Shown one piece after another: positions 28,308 through 37,560 of a stretch of 57,324 bases of DNA (its first letter is position 1; every line of letters starts with the position of its first letter). Source of the stretch: Deltaproteobacteria bacterium (GTDB taxonomy: Bacteria; Desulfobacterota; Desulfarculia; Adiutricales; Adiutricaceae); contig JAITEZ010000075.1 of the NCBI GenBank assembly GCA_031281735.1, positions 1 through 57,324 of the forward strand, in the 5' to 3' direction. Under the pieces are notes generated by a model that did no database searches, was not told where the DNA came from, and worked only from the letters and a program-made list of their open reading frames with translations. Made by a program: the position numbers and the translations under genes.

Positions 28308-30445
28308 CGTCACCGGCCGCCTGGCGGCCGCCGTCCCCCGCCGGGAGGCGAAACTCCCGGCACCCGGGGGCGGGCCGGCCCTCCCGCGGCGGGAGATGGC
28401 GGCGGAAGCCTGACCGGGGGTGCCGCCGGCCGGAAACATGACGCTGGTTCCGCGCCCCGTCCGGCCATTCCTGGAAGCCGGGACGCGGCGGGAACCCGCC
28501 CCGCGGGCGACCGGGAACGGAGGCGGGTTGCCCCGTCCGCGACGCCCGCGGCGGGGGAGGGGTCGCCAAGCGTGCGCCGCGGCGGTGGGCCGGCACGCCC
28601 GGGGAAGGACAGGTATGCCCGGGGACTGCCAGGGCAGGATGGGTCTCCCCCAGGCGGTGCCCGGCGAGCCCGGCGCGGAACCGGCTGATGCGGCGCCGGT
28701 TGCCCTCCGGCCGGGCCACGCGCCCCCTGCGCGTCCGGGCCGCCGTGCGGCCAGGCCCGGAGGGGGCGTTTCCGGCGTCCCGGCGACGCATAAGGCGTCC
28801 CCCTGCGGCAGGATAGCCGGCCAGGGCGCGGTCTGCCGCTGGCGTGGGGGCCGGGGGCAGACGGCTTCCCGGTCTTCCCTGCTCAGCCGCGCGGCGGTCC
28901 CCGGCATTTCGGGATCCTCCATCCGCGGCTCAGGCCGTTTTTGCCCTCGGCCAGTCCCGCTTTCCCGCCACAAGCCCGTGAGTCATGGACGCGGGGGTGG
29001 CGGATAGATGGAAAACCGGGAAGGAGGGAGAAAGCGGACCGCGCTGCGCCGGATCGCCGGATCACCGGATCGCCAGACGGGCGGGTCGCCCGCGAGCCGA
29101 TGCGGGCAGCCTGCGGGTCGACATCCTCCCTGCCCTGAAGTGCTGGGAGTCCATACCGGGCACGGGGCATCGGACCGGGTCTCCCCGCGGGGCGCCCGGA
29201 TCACGGGCGGGACTCGGGTGCCCTGGCCTCCCCGGGCATCGAGGCGGCCTGCCCGGCCGCCAGGACGTTCTTCGCGCCGTCCGTCCCGGCATCGTTCCTG
29301 CGGCCGCGTCCCAGGCATCTGGAACCGGCCCGCGTCCCGCGGCCGCCTTCCCCGCATGACCGCAGCCGGGACATCCCCGGCCGGCGCCGCAGGGATCGAC
29401 CCGGACAGGCCTGCCTCCCCGGAAGGACGGCTTCCTTCCGGGGGCCGCCGGGAACGCGACCCGGCCCTGACGCGGGATCGACCGGCCGGGCCAGCTCCTG
29501 GCCGCCACGCGTGGCGTCCGGATCCCTCCGGCGACCCCAGCCGGGGACGGGCGGATCCCTCGCCTTCAGATCCTCGACCGCCGCGACGGCGCGGCTCTTG
29601 CCGATCGCGGCCGGGGCCTTGTGATGGAAATCACTGCGGACGCCGGAAACCCTGCGGCCGGCGACGGCCGTCCTGCGGCGGTGCCTACGCAATCTCCCCC
29701 CCATTGGGATCCGGGCCCTCCCCTTCATCCCCGGATGAGCCTTCTCGGCCCTCTTTCTCGCGGGCGGCATCTCCAGGCCGCGACCCTCCGGGCACGCCTT
29801 TCCTTTCGAGGACCCGGCCTGTCCCGGGCCGGAGCCACGGGAGGGAGGCCGGGGGACGCGCCGCCGCCGGCGGCGGTGAGATGCGCGATGCCCATCTCCA
29901 GGCCGATGGCATCCCCCCGCAACCCCCCCTGTGCGGGCCGGGGTCAGGGACGTCCCCCTCGGACTGAATCGAGGCGCGGGACCGTCCGCCCCGACCGGGA
30001 CGGCGACGTCCCGGAGCGCGCCTTCCGCAGGCCTGGAGTACCGGCACTCCAGCCAGCCGGGAGGGGGTAGCCTGAGGCGCTGGCGGGCCCCGTCCAGCAC
30101 TGTCCGGCCCTGGATACCGGAGGGTCGCCCCGGCCTTTCCACCTGGACACGGGGAGCCCGCCCCGGCCCTCCCGCCGCTTCCTCTCGGCCCGATCCGGGC
30201 CGAACATGGCCTGCAGCAGGGCCCGGGAAGGGGGCCTGTCTCAGGAATCCCGGGCCGGGTTCTCCTTCAGCGTGGGAATCGGGTCGCTCAACCGGTTACC
30301 GGCCGGGAGCTTCCCCTCGTCATCCAGGCATCTCCTCGGCACGGCCGCGACATCGCTGCAGACGGATCTCCGGCTTCCGGCGGCTCTGCCCATGGGTTCC
30401 GGGACTCCCGGTCGGGATTCCATGTTTTATATTCATCTCCTCTCC

Positions 30446-30507
30446 TTAATAGTATTTTAATTATTTTATCAAATATAAATAATATAAATTTTTTTATATT
30501 ATATTTT
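30446..30507. other. A/T island 3 (62 nt, one G and one C)
   Basis: Read directly from the sequence. Lies inside the ORF-less region between cydB and the transposase gene. Confidence 0.95.
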
Positions 30508-30836
30508 CTCTGGAATCCAGCTCCCGACGGCTCAGATCCCCGTCCTGAAGGATGGGGTTTCGCGCCGTCCCCACACGATCAGGCTCGGCGGCGGGACGTC
30601 CTCCATGCCCTGACGAGCGCGGACCGGAGGGCGCGGGAGGCACTGCCCGCCCGGAGCCTGCGGCCGCCCCTGGGATACGCAAGAAAAAGCGGAAGCCCCC
30701 GGGGGACGCCCGGAAGCCTCCGCTTCTGGAGTTGAGAGCCAGGGAACGGTGGGGAGGCGGGCAGGGTTCGCCCTGCGGGCCCATGCCTCTCTCCCGGCCG
30801 GGCGGGGGGGCGCGCCCTGGCGGACGGCGGGGGGGA

Positions 30837-32063
30837 TCAGGAGGCCCGGGAGGTCATGGAGCTGAAGATCGGATCTATCTTCACGGCGCCCAGATCCGGG
30901 GCCAGCGTGTAGTTCCACTCTCCGTGGAACTCCGAGGGATAGATGGCGATGGACTTGCCGTCGTCCCCGTCGCCCGAGGGCGCGTAGAAACGGCCGTGAT
31001 CCAGGGTGAGGCCCAGGGCCATGGTGCGGACCTGGGCCCCGGCGCTGACGAGGCGCACGGTTATCTCGGAGTCGCGCCGCGGCTCGTTGGCGAACGAGGT
31101 GGAGAAGAAGGAGAAGAGGCGCTGGGCGTTGGCGTTCCAGCGGCTGGTCCCCGGGGGGTAGCGGCAGAACTCCACCGGGAGCCCCGCCAGGGTGGCGAGC
31201 TTCTGGAGGCCCGCCTTCCAGAGGGTGTTGCGTCTCAGGCCCCCCGCGTTATCGGCGGTGACCAGGATTGAGGAGGCCTGGGGGAAGAGCTCCCGGCCCT
31301 CCACGGCCCACCAGCCGCACAGGGAGTCGCAGGTGAAGGCCACGGCCTCCCTGGAGGTGGCGATGCAGGCCGACTCGCGGGCGAGCTTCTGGTCGTAGAT
31401 GCCGCGGAGGTGGATCCCGGGCTCCAGACGGTCCCTGGGGGAGGAGCCCTCGCGGGGGCGGGGCTGCTCGTGGGCGGAAGGATCCTGCGAGGCGTCCTTG
31501 CGGCGTGTCTCCACCGCCAGGATCGGGAGGCCGTTGGCCAGGCAGTTGCAGGCCCGGCGGGAGATGTGCCGGAACTGGGCGTCCCGGTCGGGGTGGATGC
31601 TCCCCTCCTCGGTCTTCCTGGTGCCCATGAGGTTGTAGCCGTTCTTGCGGAGGATCTGGGCCACCTTCTCGTGGCTGATCCGGTGGTGGGAGGCCGTGAG
31701 CTCCTGGGCGAGGCAACGGGTGCTCTTGCAGGTCCAGATGAGGGGCGGGTCAGTCTCCCCGCGCACGGTCTCCCGCAGGAGATCCTCCAGGGAGTTCCAG
31801 ATGCCTGGATCCGCGCGTTCGACCCGGGGCCTACCGGCCCCGGCCCGGCGGGTCTTTCCGGGCTCGAGGGGGGCCTCGTCGAGCTCCTTGATCCCCTTCG
31901 TGATGGTGACCCGGGAGAGGCCGCAGGCGCGGCTGACCATGGAGATGCCGCGGCGGCCGATGCGCTTGGCCTCGCCGGCGGCGACGAGCCTGCGCTCCCG
32001 CTCGCCCAGGTGCGGCCAGACGTTGGAGAACATCTTGCTGAGGGCGTTTTCTGTGTCGGTCAT
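30837..32063 (-). mobile_element. ISAzo13-family (Rhodopirellula-type DDE) transposase ORF, possibly catalytically degenerate
   Basis: 408-aa ORF with family-typical blocks (HPDRDAQFRHI, ILVTADNAGG, YPPGTSRWN, FHGEWNYTLAP). I did not identify terminal inverted repeats. Confidence 0.75.
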
Positions 32064-32221
32064 GGCGTTATGGATCCTGCGGGCTCTGCTGGACGCGCGG
32101 CGTCCGCTGGGGCCCGGTAGTCTGCGCCGGGTTCCCGCTGGGCGGGGCGTGTCCGCTCTCCGGGGTTCCGGGGCCTGCAGCCCCGGCCGGCGGTGAGGTG
32201 CTGGCCATTGGCAAAGCTAAT

Positions 32222-32249
32222 GATATATGGGGAGGGTTCGGCTTGTCAA
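32222..32249 (-). promoter_or_regulatory. Candidate sigma70-type promoter upstream of the transposase gene
   Basis: On the minus strand: TTGACA (32249-32244), a 16-nt spacer, then TATATC (32227-32222). Confidence 0.3.
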
Positions 32250-32276
32250 AAGGCCGTCCCCCGCCCTTCCCGGTGT

Positions 32277-32304
32277 GCCGGGGCGGGCGGGGGCCCCCGC
32301 CCCG
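32277..32304 (-). terminator. 10-bp GC hairpin downstream of the flavodoxin gene
   Basis: CCGGGGCGGG (32277-32286) pairs with CCCGCCCCGG (32295-32304). A short T run follows further downstream on the minus strand. Confidence 0.3.
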
Positions 32305-32359
32305 GGAGGCAGGCCGCGGTCAGGCCTGGCCCGGCGCGGGGAGGGCGGGCCACGGGGGG

Positions 32360-32806
32360 CTAGATGGCGGCGATTACCGCGTCGCCCCAGGTCTTGATGT
32401 CGCCCTTGGCTCCTTCGGGGTCGCCGTTGATCTTGAGCTTGCCGCCGACCACCGTGGAGCCGAGCTCGTTTAGCTTGTCGGTGATGGCGTCCACCGCCCC
32501 GCAGAAGAACTTGTAATCCTCGTCCCCGGTGCCGAAGACAGCCGTCTTGACACCTTTGGCGCCGATCTTGCTAAAGTTCTCGAAGAGGGGGATGAAGTCC
32601 TCCTGGAGCTCGATCTCGTCCTCCCCCCAGGTGGAGCAGCCGAAGAGGACGAGATCCTTGCCGGAGCAGAGGCCGTCCGCAGAGACGTCGGCGGCCTTGG
32701 CCTTGGAGACCGAGTGGCCGGCGGCCTTGATCTGCGCCTCCAGCTGGTTGGCCACCCATTCGGTGTTGCCGGTGGTGGAACCGTAAACGATGTAGACAGT
32801 CGCCAT
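32360..32806 (-). CDS. fld: Flavodoxin (short-chain, Desulfovibrio vulgaris-like, 148 aa)
   Basis: Start at ATG 32806 with AAGGAG 9 nt upstream. MATVYIVYGSTTGNTEWVA, LVLFGCSTWGEDEIELQEDFIPLF and FGTGDEDYKFFCGAVDAI closely parallel my recollection of the D. vulgaris flavodoxin sequence. Confidence 0.93.
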   Translation of the reverse strand: MATVYIVYGSTTGNTEWVANQLEAQIKAAGHSVSKAKAADVSADGLCSGKDLVLFGCSTWGEDEIELQEDFIPLFENFSKIGAKGVKTAVFGTGDEDYKFFCGAVDAITDKLNELGSTVVGGKLKINGDPEGAKGDIKTWGDAVIAAI

Positions 32807-32908
32807 ATCAGAAGACTCCTTTAGTGACGTTTGCAGGGTCCTGGCCGGCACCAGGCCGCCGCTCCCGCGGCGAGGGCGCCCCCTGTGGCTCTTTGCCTGT
32901 GTATCAGG

Positions 32909-32937
32909 ATTTTAATCTAACTGATTCTCAGTTGCAA
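32909..32937 (-). promoter_or_regulatory. Sigma70-type promoter for flavodoxin
   Basis: On the minus strand: TTGCAA (32937-32932), a 17-nt spacer, then TAAAAT (32914-32909), about 100 nt upstream of the ATG. Confidence 0.5.
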
Positions 32938-33210
32938 TAGAGAACTTCCCCCGGCCCGGAGGCCCTGTCCTTGCGGTTTCCAGTGAGATATCCGGATGTT
33001 GCGATGCAGGGGTGGCCATGGGCGGGGCCGGAGGGAATGTCCCCGGAAGGTGAATCCTGGGAAGGCCGGGGAAGGGGCCGGCCGGGGGGGATTGCGAGCG
33101 GTGTGCCGTGAGCCCGCCGCCGGGGGCGGCGTGAGGCCGCAACCCCTGACCTGACAGGGGTGTCGGCGGCAGGTGGCCAGGGCCGCTGGCGCCCCTGTTT
33201 AGACCGCCTC

Positions 33211-33240
33211 CGGGGGGAGGGCCGACCCCCGTGTTTTTTT
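33211..33240 (+). terminator. Orphan intrinsic terminator on the + strand (hairpin plus T7)
   Basis: CGGGGG (33211-33216) pairs with CCCCCG (33226-33231), then TG and TTTTTTT (33234-33240). No + strand CDS lies upstream. Confidence 0.55.
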
Positions 33241-33311
33241 GCCGGGCCCTTTCACGGGAGGAAGCCCGAACTGGAAACCCGGATGTGGAGAGCTCGAAGC
33301 AGTGGGCAGAC

Positions 33312-33430
33312 AATAATATTAATTTATATTATATATAATAATTATAATTATTATATAAAAAAAATAGTATAATTTTTATAATAAAATTATAAATAATAAT
33401 AAATAAGATTAAATTTAAGAAAAAATGAAA
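33312..33430. other. A/T island 4 (119 nt, four G and no C)
   Basis: Read directly from the sequence. Bounded on the left by GGCAGAC (33305-33311). Lies between the flavodoxin gene and the nuo operon. Confidence 0.95.
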
Positions 33431-34618
33431 CAGGGAAGGAAGCTGCTGGTTCGACGATACCCAATAGTTTATTTATTGACGGATGTGCGGGATATGTCGT
33501 GGCAGAGGGCACTGCCGACCATGAGGAGGGGACAGTGACCACGGGTGAGTGGAGGGCGTGGATTCCCAGCTGATCCCTCCCAGCCGTGTCCTGGGACGGC
33601 TAACCGCGCGGGACGGTCTCCCAGGCCGGCTGGAGGCGCGCGGAACCGGATCCTCCCGTGTCTGGGAGTGGCTTCTCCGGACTCCCGGAAGGAACCCGCC
33701 GGGACGCCAGCGGGGGAGAGGACTGTACAGTAGGGCAGGGCTTCACGGACAATGGCCGGTTCCGGCCTGCTGCAGCCGCGGAGGTGTACCGGTCAGCTGG
33801 CGAGAGGGATTGCAGCAGGCCTCTGAAAGGGCTCTCCCATGAGCGTCAGGCCGCCGGCCGGAGGCTAACGGGCGGTCAAGGCTCGTCCCGGCGGGGGAGG
33901 GCGTCTCAGGGAGACCGGCGGATGCGGGCTTGAGGTTCTCCCTCACCGGCAGGAAGTGCATGGCTTCCCCGGGAGGGGCGGGGAGAAGGTCCTGAGGCGT
34001 CACATCCCGCAAGACCTCATGCGGGCGCAGATGGGAGCCTCCCCGCGTGACCGCACCCGGCCGTCACCCCGTGGGGGTCTGGCGGAGCCAGCCTGACGGG
34101 GCCTGGCGTTCCTCTGAGCCGTACGGCGCGGCAGGCGCCTTCCTTGGCGAGCCCTGAAGCTGAAGGGCTGCGTGGGGCCCCCGGCGGAGGCGGCTTGTCG
34201 GGACAGGGGGCCGCCCTCTAATCGAGGGAGGCCGGCGATACCCAGAAGGGGCGGAAAGGGTTCCGGGCGCGGCGGAGGTGCGCCGGGCGTCTGGCCTGAC
34301 CCCACCCGTGCGGAGCCTTGGCGGTCTTCAGGTCACCGAGGCTTGCGGCGGCGGATGACGCGGGAAGGGCGGGGGAGGGCGGCTGAATGCGGGGAAGGGA
34401 AGAGGCGGAGGGGGCGGCGGGTAGGGAGGGAAGGGATAGCAAGGTTTCGGAATAAATATTACTAGGTATTACAATCCGTTGAGGAACCGTATCCCTTTCT
34501 TTCCACCGGTGCTGCCGCAGGGGGGGCGGAACTGCGGATAGGGGGCGGGATTACGGAGCCCGGCTGGCCGCTAAGGCGTGAAAAGCCCGGATCGCAAACA
34601 GGCGTCTAGAATTAAGGC

Positions 34619-34648
34619 TTGACAGTATTTCCGTTTATGTCGTAAAGT
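34619..34648 (+). promoter_or_regulatory. Sigma70-type promoter for the nuo operon
   Basis: TTGACA (34619-34624), an 18-nt spacer, then TAAAGT (34643-34648), about 155 nt upstream of the nuoA ATG. Confidence 0.5.
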
Positions 34649-34802
34649 CATGCACCTAACCAGGGTAAAACTTCATAGCGGTTGATTCCCGCCTCACCCC
34701 TTCCCGCCGTCCCGGAACCGTACGTCCGGGGTCGGTCTTGCGGCGCGCCTTCGGGGCCTCGACCTGGGCAGGCCCAGCAACCTGTCCGTCAGGGTGAAAA
34801 GC

Positions 34803-35158
34803 ATGGTCTTCGATTCCCTCCACCTGGCCGTGATCGTGTTCCTGGTGGCGGCGGCCATCTTCGCCGCCTCGCCGCTGGTCATAGCCGCCTTCATCGCACC
34901 CCGGTCCGGGGGGGGCGACTACCGCATGCCCTATGAGTGCGGCATCGCGCCCCACGGCAAGGCATGGGATCATTACGCCTTCAACTACCACATATACGCC
35001 CTCGTATTCATAGCCTTCGACGTGGACGTCCTGTACCTGTTCCCGGTGGGCGTGGCCTACCGGGCGGCGGGAGGGCTCTTCCCGCTGGTGGAGCTGAGCT
35101 ACTTCCTCTTCTTCGTGCTCCTGGCCGTAGTCTATTTCATCGCCAAAGGGGTCTTCAC

Positions 35159-35183
<25 letters not shown>
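34803..35183 (+). CDS. nuoA: NADH-quinone oxidoreductase subunit A
   Basis: ATG 34803 after AGGGTG. A three-TM small protein with the YECG motif and [10 protein letters not shown]. Confidence 0.9.
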
Positions 35184-35706
<523 letters not shown>

Positions 35707-35710
<4 letters not shown>

Positions 35711-36273
35711 TGACACCGGACGCCTGGAGGGACGCCTTCAAGGAGGCCGGGGCCCTTGCCGTGACGCGGCCCGACCCCAAGCGGACGGGGCTCGCGCTCT
35801 CCGCGCACCTGCCCCCCGAGGCGCTCGCCGCCGCGGCGGAGAGGCTCAAGGCCGAAGGCTACTCGCTCCTGTTCATCACGACCGCCGACTTCGCCGAGGG
35901 CTTCCTGCTCACCTACGTCTTCGACACCTTCGACGGGCACCTTCGCCTGGCCTTGCGGGTGCTTCTGAAGGACAGGGCCAGTCCGGAGGTCCCTTCCCTG
36001 GCCGCCATCTACCAGGGGGCCGAGTGGCATGAGCGCGAGTCCTACGACTTCTACGGGGTGGCCTTCGCGGGCAACCCCAACCTGGTTCCCATCCTTCTGC
36101 CGGGCGACGACCCCATCCCCCCGCCCCACCGCAAGAGCGAGGCCGCGAGAGCTTCCATCCGCAAGCTCGGCTTCCTGGGCGATGCCGAGTGGTCGGTGCC
36201 GGACTGGGAGCTGGCTCCCGAGGTGAAGCCCGCGGCCGGGCCGGCCGGCGACGGCAAGGAGGGGGGGAAATGA
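35707..36273 (+). CDS. nuoC: NADH-quinone oxidoreductase subunit C
   Basis: ATG 35707 overlaps the nuoB stop (ATGA). NuoC motif [26 protein letters not shown]. Confidence 0.88.
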
Positions 36274-37463
36274 GCAATTTCAGCTTCCTCAACCCTTTCG
36301 GGGTCCTGGACGAGCCCGGGACCTACATGGGGGACTTCTACTCCAACAACTTCGCCCGGAAGGCGCAGGCGGGGAACGTCATCCTGAACCTGGGCCCGCA
36401 GCACCCCTCCACCCACGGCGTCCTGAGGGTGGTGGTCGAGATGTACGGCGAGTACGTGGTGCGTTCGGAGCCGGTCCTGGGCTACCTCCACCGCTCCCAC
36501 GAGAAGATGGCGGAGCACAAGACCGCCTACGGCTTCCTGCCGAACATGGGAAGGGTGGACTACCTCAACGCCATCGGCTGGAACTGGGCCTACGCCGGCG
36601 CCTGCGAGCAGCTCGCTGGCATCGAGTGCCCCGAGCGGGCCGAATACCTGCGGGTGATAGCTGCCGAGCTCAACCGCATTTCCTCGCATCTCGTCTGGTG
36701 GGGGGCCTTCGTGCTGGATCTGGGGGCCTTCACGCCCATCCTCTACGCCTTCGACGACCGCGAGCTCATCTGCGACATCCTCCAGCGGGTCACCGGCTCG
36801 CGGCTCACCATGAACTACTTCCGCTTCGGCGGCGTGGGGGCGGACGGGGACGACCTTTTCTTCTCGAAGATCAGGGATTTCATCCCCAACATGCGCGAGC
36901 GGCTCAAGATGTACAAGGCCCTCGTGACCGACAACGTCATCCTCCGCCGCAGGCTGGAGGGGATAGGCCCCATGGACGCCGACCTGTGTGTCAGGTACGG
37001 GGCGACGGGCCCGCTCCTGCGGGCCGCGGGGGTGCCCAGGGACGTGCGGAGATCCATTCCGTACGGGATATACGACCGCTTCGACTATGAAATCCCCGTG
37101 GCCGAGACGAACGACAACTTCGGCCGCTACTGGGTGCGCCTCCAGGAGATCTCCGAGTCGCTCAAGATCGTGGAGCAGGCCGTCGCCCAGATCCCTCCGG
37201 GCAAGCACATCGTCGACAAGGCCCCCAAGCCGTCCTGGAAGCTCCCCCCCGGCGAGTCCGTCTTCTCGGTCGAGGGCGCCCGCGGGGAGATAACCGTGCA
37301 CGTCATCTCGGACGGCGGCAAGAGCCCCTACCGCGTGAAGCTCCGGGCCCCCGGCTTCTCGAACCTCTCTGTCTTCGCCGAGGCGGCCGAGGGGACCATA
37401 CTCGCCGATGCCATCGCCATCCTCGGTAGCCTGGATCTGGTCATCCCGGAGATCGACCGCTGA
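36270..37463 (+). CDS. nuoD: NADH-quinone oxidoreductase subunit D
   Basis: ATG 36270 overlaps the nuoC stop (ATGA). Motifs LNLGPQHPSTHGVLR, RAEYLRVIAAELNRISSHL and DLVIPEIDR. Confidence 0.93.
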   Translation: MSNFSFLNPFGVLDEPGTYMGDFYSNNFARKAQAGNVILNLGPQHPSTHGVLRVVVEMYGEYVVRSEPVLGYLHRSHEKMAEHKTAYGFLPNMGRVDYLNAIGWNWAYAGACEQLAGIECPERAEYLRVIAAELNRISSHLVWWGAFVLDLGAFTPILYAFDDRELICDILQRVTGSRLTMNYFRFGGVGADGDDLFFSKIRDFIPNMRERLKMYKALVTDNVILRRRLEGIGPMDADLCVRYGATGPLLRAAGVPRDVRRSIPYGIYDRFDYEIPVAETNDNFGRYWVRLQEISESLKIVEQAVAQIPPGKHIVDKAPKPSWKLPPGESVFSVEGARGEITVHVISDGGKSPYRVKLRAPGFSNLSVFAEAAEGTILADAIAILGSLDLVIPEIDR

Positions 37464-37560
37464 CAGGCCCCGGGCCTGACCCGCCGGCCGCCCCCGCCCG
37501 ACGCTCCTCCAAGGGGGCCGAAGCCCTCCCGCACGCGGGACAACCGCGCAGGGGATCCTT

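Noticed and set aside
29560-29640. A Walker-A-like string (APAAIGKS) and a nearby TRGGQ on the minus strand, which suggested a decayed ABC ATPase, for example cydDC.
   Set aside because: The two motifs are only about 30 residues apart, whereas real ABC domains have about 100 between them. The Walker A is too short, and no Walker B or H-loop context is present. This is most likely chance in GC-rich sequence.
30320-30436. A 38-codon minus-strand ORF (MNIKHGIPTGSPG...) immediately after the strong SD TAAGGAGAGGAG at the edge of A/T island 3. Also the 37-codon + ORF MKQGRKLLVRRYPIVYLL... at 33425.
   Set aside because: The SD is striking, but the peptides have no recognisable features and cannot be supported from sequence alone. 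I mention them as context in the island findings rather than calling them genes.
28197-30449. ORFs of 60-319 aa filling the cydB-transposase gap on both strands, for example 28197..28973 (-), 29008..29967 (+) and 29201..30142 (-).
   Set aside because: All are R/P/G/A-rich, mutually overlapping and without recognisable motifs or convincing starts. I treated the region as ORF-less (see findings).
15189-33311. Recurrence of TGCAGA/GCAGAC at island boundaries and inside both copies of the cydA leader repeat (GTGCAGACGG), which could be one shared binding motif.
   Set aside because: A 6-mer is expected many times by chance in 57 kb on two strands. Without genome-wide statistics the link between the islands and the repeat is not supportable. 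I used the boundary motif only descriptively.
33440-33470. A GGTTCGA string resembling a tRNA T-loop.
   Set aside because: The flanks cannot form a T-stem or acceptor stem, and no cloverleaf can be drawn.
33485-34140. A group II intron hypothesis, based on GTGCG at 33485 and GAGCCGTACGGC at about 34116 resembling the 5' end and domain V.
   Set aside because: The putative domain V does not fold into the required 34-nt bulged hairpin: the 3' strand does not pair with GAGCCGTAC, and GCCGTACGGC is merely a palindrome. There is no intron-encoded protein and no domain VI or 3' end signature.
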